Virus record (IMG/VR): IMGVR_UViG_3300026522_000958
DNA: 60,244 nt
Direction: 5' to 3' (one strand)
Source: an uncultured virus (IMG/VR IMGVR_UViG_3300026522_000958)
Taxonomy: Duplodnaviria; Heunggongvirae; Uroviricota; Caudoviricetes
In this document: positions 9,865 to 19,558 of the stretch, one piece after another
Numbering within the stretch: the stretch's first letter is position 1
Layout of the letters: each line of letters starts with the position of its first letter
Notes under the pieces: generated by a model
Seen by the model: only the letters and a program-made list of their open reading frames with translations
Database searches by the model: none
Told to the model about the DNA's origin: nothing
Translations under genes and position numbers: made by a program

Positions 9865-10416
9865 TTAGATGAGGCAGGCAAACAGAGCGCTTAAGTCAGT
9901 GCTTTTTTCTTTAGTTACCTCCAAGCGGGATCCTTTCACTGCGATAAAATCTTTCTTTATCGTGATTACCGGGGCAAGAACGCAGTCGGAATTTATATAA
10001 CTGTCATCATAGACACCGACATTTGATACAAAAAAAGCACGGCTGTCGTCATAGGGATTCATGCGTCCGAGCCACGCCCTGTCAAAGGCAGCAGCAAAAT
10101 CATCATGACGCATGGCTCCTTCCATTAAGGCGTTTATTCCCTTAACACCGGTCCCTCCGCTCCATGTGTCAAGGAGATGGAGCGATGTGCCGTCGGCCAT
10201 ACGATCTTTATAGGTGCGGTAGAATTCACGCATCTTTATGCCGCAGTACTGCACGTGATAAGGGTCGTTCGGGAACGGGCCTGCATCAACCCCGGTCGTC
10301 TGAATATCCGTAGTACCATCATCATGAAGGTATATAACGATTCCTTCGATCGGCGTGCCACAGGCTTTCCTTGTTTCAGGGAAAAATACTCTGTCACCTG
10401 TTTTTAATCTTCTCAT
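9865..10416 (-). CDS. hypothetical protein
   Basis: Start MRRLKTGD after GAAAGGAG; own promoter box at 10470. Confidence 0.75.
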   Translation of the reverse strand: MRRLKTGDRVFFPETRKACGTPIEGIVIYLHDDGTTDIQTTGVDAGPFPNDPYHVQYCGIKMREFYRTYKDRMADGTSLHLLDTWSGGTGVKGINALMEGAMRHDDFAAAFDRAWLGRMNPYDDSRAFFVSNVGVYDDSYINSDCVLAPVITIKKDFIAVKGSRLEVTKEKSTDLSALFACLI

Positions 10417-10578
10417 ATGTATCTCCTTTCTCATATATAGAAAAACGTGATGAATCCTTTTCATATATGAGATTTGGGATAAACAGATACGAATGAATGC
10501 GACGCAGAGTGCACAAAAAAAGGAGGCGGTACAGCCCGTCTCCTTAGTATTTTTTCATATATGGAAAATCAGACGGTA

Positions 10579-13077
10579 TCAGATCAGTGTCTTTTCCTTG
10601 TTTTCATCCTTGTCTTTCTCATTCTCTTTCTCCTGTCTCTTTGCACTTGCTGAAGCAGTAAGGGCTACAGCCTGGATAACGCTTCTTCTTGTAGAATCGG
10701 CGTTTTCCATCAGATGATCCATGATGCCGTCCGCGTCAAGCTCTGACTTTACTCCCTCAGGCGTTGTTACCTCGCCTTTCATCACTCCTGCATCATTCCA
10801 GACATGAAGGTCGTTTTCTCCGTCCGTGAAGTCTGCTGATTCGTCGCCTCTCAACTGCGACAGGCTGTGGAATGAGCTCTGGGCCGTGTTATAGTTGAAC
10901 TTTTCTACGGTAGACATCTTTGCGGTATCACGCGGCGTATAGGATGATGTTATAGGGGTATTGGCTTTTTCTGCCGTATCCTTTGCTGAAGTCTTCTCCT
11001 GTGTCTCCTCGATACCTTTTGTCACCTTTGCTGAGTTCAGGTCAGCGGCATATTCCACATCAGTTACCTTTTCCTCTGCCGATATCTTAAGGTCCGGCAT
11101 CTTTTCATCTTCACCCTGTTCCGGCGCTGTAGACTCTCGGGCGTCTTCTTCCGTCAGGATTTTTTCAGCCTTTCTTTCGCTTCTTTCAAGCTCCTTCTCG
11201 ATGGCTTTTTCTCTCTCTTCCATCTTTGCATACTGCATCTGTTCAGCGGGACGGGATTTTATCTCTTCACGTACCTCTTTCAGACTGTCCTTTGCCTTCT
11301 CAAGGGCCTCCTCTTTCTCTTCAAGTACAGTTTCTGCATCATCGTAGGCATCCTGTGCGCTTTCGAGGTCTGGGTTTGAATCCCTTGTCTTCTGTGACCT
11401 GCTAAGAGCACTCTTGGCTTTCTTTAATGCTTTTTCAGCTTCTTTTACGAGCTTTTCACGTTCAGCTCTTTCCGTCACGAGTTCATCCCTGGACATTTCT
11501 GTAAGAGACGGAGCAAGCATGGCCTCGAGCTGTGCTCCTTCAGGGTACTTAAGCATATCTTCCCTTGTTACCTGCTCTTTATTTACTACCTTTGTTATGT
11601 TCTTTGCCCTTGCTTCTTTCTTTTTCTCCTTTACCATGTCCTTATAGACATCGCTGAAGTCCTTATCTTCCTCGAGAGTGATCTTTATGGCCTCGGCTAC
11701 GTCTTCCTTGTCAGGGCTCTGACTTTTTGCAAGATTTAATACATCTTTCATCTGTTCGGGCTTTTTCTTGGCAAGTTCCGCGAGCAGCTTTGTGATCTCC
11801 TTGTCTGATTTCGTGCCGCGAAGCATCAGCTTGTCCTTTACTTTCCTTGCTGTGCGGGCAGCTTCGGCTATCTCTCTGCGGTGTTTCTCTTCCTCAGGTG
11901 TCAGAACCTCATTGTCAGTCTTGTACACAGGAACCGGCTCTGAAGGTCTTTCAGATCCTTTATCCTCTTTATGATCTTCCTTTGTATTTTCTGGAGCTTT
12001 GCCGGTCTGCTGAGGATCATCTTTTTTTACATCCTGTCCCTTATTTTCTGCTTCAGGTTCAGTGGCAGGAGAATCTTCCTTCTCAGACATTTTATCATCC
12101 TTTTCAGTCCTGTCACCATCTGTTTTCTGCTGTTTTTCAGGGACAGGTTCTGTGATAGATTCATCTCCACCCGATCTTTCAAGATCTTCGATATCTTCAT
12201 CTGCAGTCTTTTCCGAAAGGATCTTATATTGATTTACTGCCTTAAGCTGGTCAGGATCATGTCCTGCCAGAGTCTCCGCTGAACGTCTTATAGCGGCTGC
12301 GGTCCTCTTCCATCCGCCTCCTATATGGCCTGCTTTTTCCCTTGATTCCCTGTAGATGGACTTTTTTATCAGGACACGGCCTTCCAAAGCACTCAGCCTC
12401 TGTTTCTGTCTTTTTGTCAGATGCGATTCCCAGTCACTTTCATCGATCAGCGGTTCGCCGTCGATCTCCCGCTGGATGTTCATGGCCTTTATCTTCTTTA
12501 CCGCGGCCTCGCGATACTTCTCGGTCTTAGCGTTCCGTCTTTTTATTGCCCTTGCGCATGCTTTTCTGTCTGAATGTGCGTCTGATATGGCAAGACTGTA
12601 CCTGACCGCGCGGAACGGCGTATCAAGTGCCATGTAAGCAGACAGGCCAATGGTCTTGAACAGGGAGTTTGCCCTGTGCATAAAGCCGTACTGCCTTCTT
12701 AATTCTTTTGCTGCCTGCCTGGTCGTTTTCCGGAGTTCTTCGTCGTCGATGAGACCGTCTTCCGCGTCTTTCCTTGCTTTATCTGCTCTTTCCCGGGCAG
12801 ATGAGACGTTATCGCTTGCAAGGCCGGTGATCTTTTCCGGAGCCCCGTTTCTCTTTGCTTCTGCTATCTCCTCTTCGTTTTTTGCTGCCTCTTCTTCAAC
12901 GGAAAGGTTTTCATCTTCTGAAGGAGGCTCCGGTTCCTCACTGTTTAAGTGAGCGACTACAGTATCTGCATCCTTTTCTGATGCATTCTGCATTGTAGTG
13001 ACCCACGGGTCATCATCCCCGTCTCTGTACTGGACAGTAAATGTCCCATCCTCATTTCTTACTTTTCTGGCTGTCAT
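10579..13077 (-). CDS. large charged coiled-coil hypothetical protein
   Basis: ~830-aa E/K-rich ORF; start MTARK after GAAAGGA. Confidence 0.8.
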   Translation of the reverse strand: MTARKVRNEDGTFTVQYRDGDDDPWVTTMQNASEKDADTVVAHLNSEEPEPPSEDENLSVEEEAAKNEEEIAEAKRNGAPEKITGLASDNVSSARERADKARKDAEDGLIDDEELRKTTRQAAKELRRQYGFMHRANSLFKTIGLSAYMALDTPFRAVRYSLAISDAHSDRKACARAIKRRNAKTEKYREAAVKKIKAMNIQREIDGEPLIDESDWESHLTKRQKQRLSALEGRVLIKKSIYRESREKAGHIGGGWKRTAAAIRRSAETLAGHDPDQLKAVNQYKILSEKTADEDIEDLERSGGDESITEPVPEKQQKTDGDRTEKDDKMSEKEDSPATEPEAENKGQDVKKDDPQQTGKAPENTKEDHKEDKGSERPSEPVPVYKTDNEVLTPEEEKHRREIAEAARTARKVKDKLMLRGTKSDKEITKLLAELAKKKPEQMKDVLNLAKSQSPDKEDVAEAIKITLEEDKDFSDVYKDMVKEKKKEARAKNITKVVNKEQVTREDMLKYPEGAQLEAMLAPSLTEMSRDELVTERAEREKLVKEAEKALKKAKSALSRSQKTRDSNPDLESAQDAYDDAETVLEEKEEALEKAKDSLKEVREEIKSRPAEQMQYAKMEEREKAIEKELERSERKAEKILTEEDARESTAPEQGEDEKMPDLKISAEEKVTDVEYAADLNSAKVTKGIEETQEKTSAKDTAEKANTPITSSYTPRDTAKMSTVEKFNYNTAQSSFHSLSQLRGDESADFTDGENDLHVWNDAGVMKGEVTTPEGVKSELDADGIMDHLMENADSTRRSVIQAVALTASASAKRQEKENEKDKDENKEKTLI

Positions 13078-13167
13078 AATTCTGTCATCCTTTCTGAAAA
13101 CTGTGTGTAAGTAATTCACGCTGCTCCATAATGCAGATTTGGGAGAATGGCAGTCGGTGCGTAGTTT

Positions 13168-13659
13168 TCAGATTTTTCCTATAAAGTTTGCAAAGAGGCG
13201 GAGTATGGGGCCGCCTTTTCTGTGTTTCCTCTCGTCTTTTTCTTCCTCGATGGTCTCTGTATAATAAGCCGCTGTTCCCCTCTTCTTCTTTTCCTCATCG
13301 ATCTCTTCCATCGTAAACCATTTCATGGGTGCATATTCGGACCATGTAGTCCCGCAGTCCGCACAGAAGAAGCTGGCCTCAGGATCTATCTTTGCCACGA
13401 ACTGTATCAGCTCGCCGTTTTTTAAAGACATCTTTTCAGTATACTGATCCTGTGTATCTCTTCTGTATTCCACAAAACGTCCGGTACGTACGCTCCCACA
13501 GTACGGACATGGCGGCACATAATAATACGGCATACGGATCTTCGCTTTCAGTTTTTTGAATAAGTTGTATTTTTCTGCGGTTTTCCTGCTGTCATATCCT
13601 GTCACGGTCATAACGGTTTCTTCTGTTCCTTTATTATTTTCCTTATCCTTATCAGTCAT
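13168..13659 (-). CDS. zinc-ribbon hypothetical protein
   Basis: CPYC...CADC. Confidence 0.75.
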   Translation of the reverse strand: MTDKDKENNKGTEETVMTVTGYDSRKTAEKYNLFKKLKAKIRMPYYYVPPCPYCGSVRTGRFVEYRRDTQDQYTEKMSLKNGELIQFVAKIDPEASFFCADCGTTWSEYAPMKWFTMEEIDEEKKKRGTAAYYTETIEEEKDERKHRKGGPILRLFANFIGKI

Positions 13660-14354
13660 TCAATTTCCTGTCCTTCCTTTAGATGCATGTCATTGAGCTG
13701 ATTCCGACCGAGGAACAGCATATCTGACAGTGGATTTATCACCACATCCCTGTCTTTTCTTATCCTCTGGAGTTTCTCTGATGTTATCTCGAGCGGGCAG
13801 TATTTCCGGTCATCCTTCTGTGCCTTCTTCCATTCATCAAACTCTTCTACTGATGAAAAAAGGAGAAGGAATTCACCTGTCTCCCTGGCTTCTGCGAATA
13901 CATAATAGATATAGGGATACTCCTTTAAAGATCTGTCCTTTAGGTACACTGGAACTATGAATCTGTCCTTTTCCATCATCCGGAGATACGCTTTTGTGCC
14001 TGTCTGCTTCAGTCTCAGGATGTGGAACTTCAGGTTCGGATTATAGTAACCGTTCAGCACATCCTTTCTCGACAGAGGGATCTCTTTCGGCTCGTCCTTA
14101 TCGCGGAGCTTTACTATCACCTTCCGGACTCCGCAGGCATAGAAATGTCTCATATCCTTATTCTGAGTCAGCTCTTCCATCTTTTTGTCAAAATACGTTC
14201 CGTCGCCTAATGCATTGCAGAACGATTCTGCGTCCATCACGGACGAAAAGATATAGCACCTTCTGTCCTTGTCAACGTATACTTCCTTCGTGCACGACGA
14301 TCTTATTATGACATATTCCTTTTCGGTGAGAAGGTCAAGTGCTTCGCGATTCAT
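13656..14354 (-). CDS. SseB-like domain protein
   Basis: FIVPV...LLLFSSVEEFDEW...VVINP pattern; GGAGG RBS. Confidence 0.6.
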   Translation of the reverse strand: MNREALDLLTEKEYVIIRSSCTKEVYVDKDRRCYIFSSVMDAESFCNALGDGTYFDKKMEELTQNKDMRHFYACGVRKVIVKLRDKDEPKEIPLSRKDVLNGYYNPNLKFHILRLKQTGTKAYLRMMEKDRFIVPVYLKDRSLKEYPYIYYVFAEARETGEFLLLFSSVEEFDEWKKAQKDDRKYCPLEITSEKLQRIRKDRDVVINPLSDMLFLGRNQLNDMHLKEGQEIE

Positions 14355-14521
14355 AAAACACCTCCGGGCAATTTCAGCTGTAACAGATGTGGCAGATTTC
14401 CTTATCTCGATTTTTCATATATGAGAAACCGTCAGAAGGGCACACATGCCGCTTTTCCCATATATAAAAAATGACCGCCACGGTCTCCCGTAGCAGCCAT
14501 CACTATGTCTGTTATTTGATA

Positions 14522-17500
14522 TCAGCCGTAGTAATTTCTGAAATATTTATACGCCGTACCTCTGCTGTTCCAGAAGTCCTGAAGGCTCTTATAGCCTCTC
14601 ATCTGAGGCCCGCTTATTCCGCTCCTTGATGTACACTCAACGATTGTAAAGTTTCCAAGCGATGTTTTTCCTATGTACATCACAACGTGGTTGTCATAAT
14701 GTCCTTTGCTCGTCCCGTTTCTCTTTACTATGACATCTCCAGGAAGGAGAGTGCTTTCGGACGGGTTGCTGATTTCTTTTCCTCCTGACATAAGCCCTGA
14801 TGTATCGAGAGCCTGCGAGTTGGTAAACTTCGAAGCTCCTGACTTGTACAGTACATACGACACATATCCTGAACAGTCTGACTGACTCTTCCACTCGGAG
14901 AAGTTTGTCAGGTTGTTCTTTCCTCTGCCGGACGTATATGTCACGCCGTGCATGTTAGGACCTGGGCCATTCATGTTGTATGTGGCTTTTCCTATAAGCC
15001 TTAAAGCAGCTTCTACAGCGTTCTTTCTCTGCTGTTTTGCTTTCTTTGATGCGCTGCTTCCTTCAAGTTCGGAATCGACATTTGAAAGTATGCTCTGTAT
15101 CTCACTTTCTGATACGGATGCTGCCGCGTTGCCGCCGCTTCCTCCGTCTTCGCCGAGGTTGTTCACGTTATAGATGCCGTTCAGATTGAATCCGAGTTCG
15201 AGAAGGTCATCTGTGCTCAGATCGTAGATCATCTCGGCGTACGAGGTGTTGCTTCCTGACTGATAGATGTACCTGTCATCCGTATCATCATATCCGTCAT
15301 CAGCCCATCCTTCCCACTCGTTGTATCCTGCGGTATCCTTGCCTTCTTTCGGGTCTGCTTCTACCTGGTATTCTGACGACTTATAGTCATCGTCATCATC
15401 GCCTGTAGCGTCCTCTTTTAAGCCTGCTCCAATGAGATGGAGATAATCATCATCTCCCGGGGTTGTGGATACAGTGTCTCCGGCAGGGGCCTGGAATGAG
15501 TAGACCTTATCTTCGACATCAAACATTCCTACATTCGTCATACTGGTATCAGGAGAAGAAGCAAGCCCCGCACTTTCTCTTGTGCCTGAATCATCCTGAT
15601 CCTTGAAATCGTCTTCTCCTGTCGCACCCCACAGACCGCAGTTCATGAAGTTTAGCGACAGGGAGTATGTTATGCTCTTAAGTGTCTTTGTCGTCGATCC
15701 GTCAGAATTGTTCTTGTATTTGTATTCACGGTCGATCTCGGCCACATCGAACACGTTTGTCATTGTCCTGTTCACATCTTCTGAAGAAAGACCGAAATCT
15801 GCGTCTGTCGTAGGGTCGGGGCCAAAATACGTGAAGGACGCATTGTAGATGATAGTCGGAACATCAGTATCCGTCGCTATCATGTCAGCCCACTTCCTTG
15901 CTGCGCAGTACTGGGAATATCTGTACGAATTATCCACGATATGTGAGCAGTAATCTGAATAGAACTGCGTATGTGATACTTCATTCTCATTTCCTGTCGC
16001 AACGGTGGCCATCCCGATGATGCCTCTGAGATAGTTTTCAGCATTAGCGACCTTTCCGCCACTTCCTGCATCATTTGATGTTGATACGAGGTCGCCTCCG
16101 GTATTGCTGCCTGCTCCCCAGACATCAACAGTACCCGATGCGGCCTTTCCTGCCTGATCGCCCCAGCTTACGCATATATCAAGCTGTCCTGGGTTTGATG
16201 AAGCGAATGTTCCTGTATCTATTACGATGGCAGGCCCTAATGATGTCATGAGTTTCGAACCTCTTGATCGTCCCGGGACTGAAAGGTTTGCAGCACACAT
16301 GACGTAGCTCTCTCCACCTTTTACACCCCACATCATAACTCCGTCTGATCTTTTGTACATTTCACATTTCGGGTCGAACATGCAATGCAGTTTGAGAGTG
16401 TACTCGAGATTCTTAAAGTCCATGTGATAATATGTCTCTTTGCCGTTAGGCCCCTGTACCGTGCCTTTCTTCGCGGTCAAGTTATTGTTGTGACCTGACA
16501 GATATTTTTTATAGGACTTTTTATTTGTATCAGCCGCACCATCAGGGACTGTAACAGTCCTTACGTCTGCCGGATTAGTTGATGAACCCGAGAGCCCTAG
16601 GCTCTGTGCGTTTTCGCTGTGTTCCCTTTCAGTTACGAGATTTGACGGGCCGTTAAAGTTTATACCTGCAAAGATAAAGTTCTCGGCATAGTGGAGTTTG
16701 ATTCCGTATGCCTTCTTTACCATTGCTTTATGTTCTTTCTGGGCCCATGATGTGGAATCGTCTGAGATCTCAAGTATCTTATCCTGTATAGCTCCTTTGG
16801 CATCACTCCAGACACCGCCTCCGTCTGTCTCGTCGGTAACGCTGTTTGTACCAGCATAAGGCAGTAACGAACCTATCATGGTAGGGCCGGCGATTATGAA
16901 CCCGCATGCGATGGTGATCAGAAAAAGGGCGCAGCATACATAGAGCGCGACTTTCTTCGTGACCCTTATCACTCCGCCGAGAAATCTTGACGGCGCCGTT
17001 ATGGCCTTTGTTACGACGTTGTTTCTTATTTTGTTTATCCTCTTCTGTATAGCTTGTCTTATGAAGGCTGCCCCGCCACCTATCTTTGCAAAACCCTGTG
17101 CTACGGCTTTCCCCATTCTTGTCCTGCCTATGGTCTTGCTGCCGATGAACTTCGTGAGTTTCCATAAGCCCTGTCCGGCAGTCCTTACAGGGGACATGAC
17201 AGCTTTTCTTACCACACGTTTCTGCGAAGCTTCCCTTGCAGACCACTTGGCCCTGTTCATCCTGAGAGATGCGTTCTTATCTGCGCGCCATTTTCTGGCT
17301 CTTTTTGAGAAGATGCCCGCTGCTCCGCCCCCGATGTTTACGCCGGCCCTGGCTATATCATTAGCGATCTTGCCCGGCGCATTCAGTACAGCCACGCCTG
17401 CCGAGATGCCTCCGTATGTCACACCTTTACCGAATTTTACGGTAGCCTTTGCTGATTTGGCGGTCACTTTTGCAACTCTCATTCCCTGTGCGGCATCTGC

Positions 17501-18832
17501 ATCACCGTACAAAGAACTCATGGTATCAGCGAGGTCTTCTCTCCATGTGCCGGCTCTCTGCATGGCTTTCTGCTTTGATACAAGGCCCTTGTATTCTTTT
17601 AACAGTGCCAGATCCCACGACTTTATCATCTCTTTACGACCGGTCACCTTATTGTACATCTTCCCGGTCTTTATCATCATGTCGAGATCGACTGACGACA
17701 TGCCTTCAAGGTTTATGCCCTGGTCCTTGAAGTATTTCTTTATCATCCCCATGTTGTTGGAAATGTCTTTTGTGGCATTACCGAATGAATTGTCTGCTCC
17801 GGTGACGTACTTATGTCCCGTTGCACTTTCCACACGGCTGATGCCGTCTGCAAGATCTCTGTCTTTCCTGCCGTAGAAGACATGACTCGTTACGCTATCA
17901 AGGACATGCTCTCTCTCATCTGCCGACGTGACTGTCGCCTTGTCTTCGATGGCATTTACGGCACCGATGACATGTTTTTTCTTGTTCATCCCTGCCGATA
18001 TATTTGACCTTACGGCAGCATGTGCCATAGCAGACATTCCGGTCAGGGTGGCCACCGCTTTTGCGTCTTTTTTGACTTCGTTTTTGCCCTGTACGGCATC
18101 TGAAGACTGGTACTGGCTTGTTATGAGTTCTTTTGTTGCCTCTCCGAAAGCCGTTCCGTCTCCCTTGAAGTGGGTTTTATGGACATCCCTTGCCTGCATG
18201 GAGGACTTTTCAGTCTTGTTCTGCAGGTCAAGCCTTCCGAAGTCCTCGCCTCTTTCTTCAGTGATCTTTTTAAGCCCTTCAGATCCGCTCTGGGATCTGC
18301 CGAGATCATCCGTTACAAGGCCTCTGAAATCGGACCCGTCACTGCTTCTTGCTTCCCAGTTGCGGTCCTCTTCGTCTTCCTTTACTTCATGGTAGATCTT
18401 TGACTCAGCGTCAGTCACTGCGTGCTTTATTCCGCCGGCTTCCTGCTGCCCGGCATGGGAGTGGATCATCTTTGTGGACTCATCAGTCGACTGCCACCTG
18501 CCTTCTGCCGTTTCGGCTCTGGCATCCGAGTGCTTTCCTGCTATGTCTTCTGAAGTCCGGCCTTTGAGAACGATCTCGCTCTTCTCTTCAGCTGCCTGCT
18601 CTGACTGCTGTGCCACTCCTGTGTCTGATAACTGTTTCTCGCCCGTAAGGGATCCTCTGTTATCTGATGAATATGATCTTACATGTCCGTCATACGTGCC
18701 CTGTTCATGACTATTCCCGGAGGAAGGGATCGTATCGTCTTTTCTCGCACCGAAATGCGGGAGGGTCGCGGAATCGATGTCCCCGTTCATAAGGTTATTC
18801 TGTTTTCCTCTCCTGCTGTTATCCTGTGCCAT
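14522..18832 (-). CDS. conjugative cell-wall hydrolase (VirB1 role) with TM segment, 3D-like domain and C-terminal NlpC/P60
   Basis: DCSGYVSYVL, LPGDVIV, HVVMYIG; AANLSV...AIVIDTG...LDI; located downstream of virB4. Confidence 0.85.
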   Translation of the reverse strand: MAQDNSRRGKQNNLMNGDIDSATLPHFGARKDDTIPSSGNSHEQGTYDGHVRSYSSDNRGSLTGEKQLSDTGVAQQSEQAAEEKSEIVLKGRTSEDIAGKHSDARAETAEGRWQSTDESTKMIHSHAGQQEAGGIKHAVTDAESKIYHEVKEDEEDRNWEARSSDGSDFRGLVTDDLGRSQSGSEGLKKITEERGEDFGRLDLQNKTEKSSMQARDVHKTHFKGDGTAFGEATKELITSQYQSSDAVQGKNEVKKDAKAVATLTGMSAMAHAAVRSNISAGMNKKKHVIGAVNAIEDKATVTSADEREHVLDSVTSHVFYGRKDRDLADGISRVESATGHKYVTGADNSFGNATKDISNNMGMIKKYFKDQGINLEGMSSVDLDMMIKTGKMYNKVTGRKEMIKSWDLALLKEYKGLVSKQKAMQRAGTWREDLADTMSSLYGDADAAQGMRVAKVTAKSAKATVKFGKGVTYGGISAGVAVLNAPGKIANDIARAGVNIGGGAAGIFSKRARKWRADKNASLRMNRAKWSAREASQKRVVRKAVMSPVRTAGQGLWKLTKFIGSKTIGRTRMGKAVAQGFAKIGGGAAFIRQAIQKRINKIRNNVVTKAITAPSRFLGGVIRVTKKVALYVCCALFLITIACGFIIAGPTMIGSLLPYAGTNSVTDETDGGGVWSDAKGAIQDKILEISDDSTSWAQKEHKAMVKKAYGIKLHYAENFIFAGINFNGPSNLVTEREHSENAQSLGLSGSSTNPADVRTVTVPDGAADTNKKSYKKYLSGHNNNLTAKKGTVQGPNGKETYYHMDFKNLEYTLKLHCMFDPKCEMYKRSDGVMMWGVKGGESYVMCAANLSVPGRSRGSKLMTSLGPAIVIDTGTFASSNPGQLDICVSWGDQAGKAASGTVDVWGAGSNTGGDLVSTSNDAGSGGKVANAENYLRGIIGMATVATGNENEVSHTQFYSDYCSHIVDNSYRYSQYCAARKWADMIATDTDVPTIIYNASFTYFGPDPTTDADFGLSSEDVNRTMTNVFDVAEIDREYKYKNNSDGSTTKTLKSITYSLSLNFMNCGLWGATGEDDFKDQDDSGTRESAGLASSPDTSMTNVGMFDVEDKVYSFQAPAGDTVSTTPGDDDYLHLIGAGLKEDATGDDDDDYKSSEYQVEADPKEGKDTAGYNEWEGWADDGYDDTDDRYIYQSGSNTSYAEMIYDLSTDDLLELGFNLNGIYNVNNLGEDGGSGGNAAASVSESEIQSILSNVDSELEGSSASKKAKQQRKNAVEAALRLIGKATYNMNGPGPNMHGVTYTSGRGKNNLTNFSEWKSQSDCSGYVSYVLYKSGASKFTNSQALDTSGLMSGGKEISNPSESTLLPGDVIVKRNGTSKGHYDNHVVMYIGKTSLGNFTIVECTSRSGISGPQMRGYKSLQDFWNSRGTAYKYFRNYYG

Positions 18833-18910
18833 TTTCTATACCTCATTTTTTCATATATGGAAAAATGCCCCGGCCGGAACGTCTGTCCCCGTGCCGGAGC
18901 TTTCTGTCAT

Positions 18911-19228
18911 AAATTTTTTGGCGGAGAAACCCACAGGCTTGCCTGTGGGAGGAACCGCCTTTTGAAATCCCATAAGGGGTTTAATTACTCACCCCGGAGG
19001 GTGGTTAGTGTACCATCGCCAATGTTAGTGAGAGGTTTTATACAAGCAACACTGTTCCTATACCTCAGAATTGTTTAATCACTTGTCTTAGAGCTGCAGA
19101 CTTGGTACTACATCCGCAGGTAACTATATATTCTCTCCTAACGTAGTGCCCGAAGCACTTAGGCTACTCACTCAGGGTTACAGTATTTCTACCGCAACCC
19201 CACGGGCTTACCCGTGGGTATTAGTGAG
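18911..19228 (-). mobile_element. 318-bp non-autonomous IscB-type IS200/IS605 element carrying only the omega RNA
   Basis: Starts CTCACTAATACCCACGGGTAAGCCCGTGGG, ends with hairpin CCCACAGGCAAGCCTGTGGG plus tail then ATGA; ends shared with 33737-34224 and 59980-60244; no iscB ORF. Confidence 0.88.
18975..19228 (-). ncRNA. IscB omega RNA (HEARO/OMEGA scaffold)
   Basis: GTAGCCTAAGT...CACTACGTTAGGAGAGAATATATAGTTACC...GATTAAACA...GGAACAGTGTTGC...AAAACCTCTC...AACATTGGCGA; 3' boundary approximate. Confidence 0.85.
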
Positions 19229-19231
19229 CTC

Positions 19232-19546
19232 TTATGAAACCGTAAAATGCGTATGCGGTCCGTTCCCGGGATCATCAGTCTCTGATGGGATCTCTTCAGT
19301 CTCATCATCAGTCTGCTCCCGAGGCTCTGTTCCGCCGTCGGAATATCCTTCCCCGATGATCTCCTGCATCCGCTGCATCTGGGCATTCCTTTTCATGGTC
19401 TTTCTCTTGTATTCTTCCTGTCTCTTCCTTATCTCTTCTTCAAACCGCGGGTCTTTCCTGTGCTTTCTCCTTACGGACTGAAGGCACAGGTACATGATTC
19501 CTGCTGCGGCGAGAAAACATAAGGCTATGATAAGCCGTACGCTCAT
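19232..19546 (-). CDS. small membrane-anchored hypothetical protein in tra cluster
   Basis: N-terminal TM helix, AGGAGG RBS. Confidence 0.75.
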   Translation of the reverse strand: MSVRLIIALCFLAAAGIMYLCLQSVRRKHRKDPRFEEEIRKRQEEYKRKTMKRNAQMQRMQEIIGEGYSDGGTEPREQTDDETEEIPSETDDPGNGPHTHFTVS

Positions 19547-19558
19547 TTGTTTCCTCCT

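Noticed and set aside
16959..18395. Long plus-strand ORFs (305 aa, 155 aa) and similar antisense ORFs elsewhere
   Set aside because: Shadows of long minus-strand genes; no RBS or motifs
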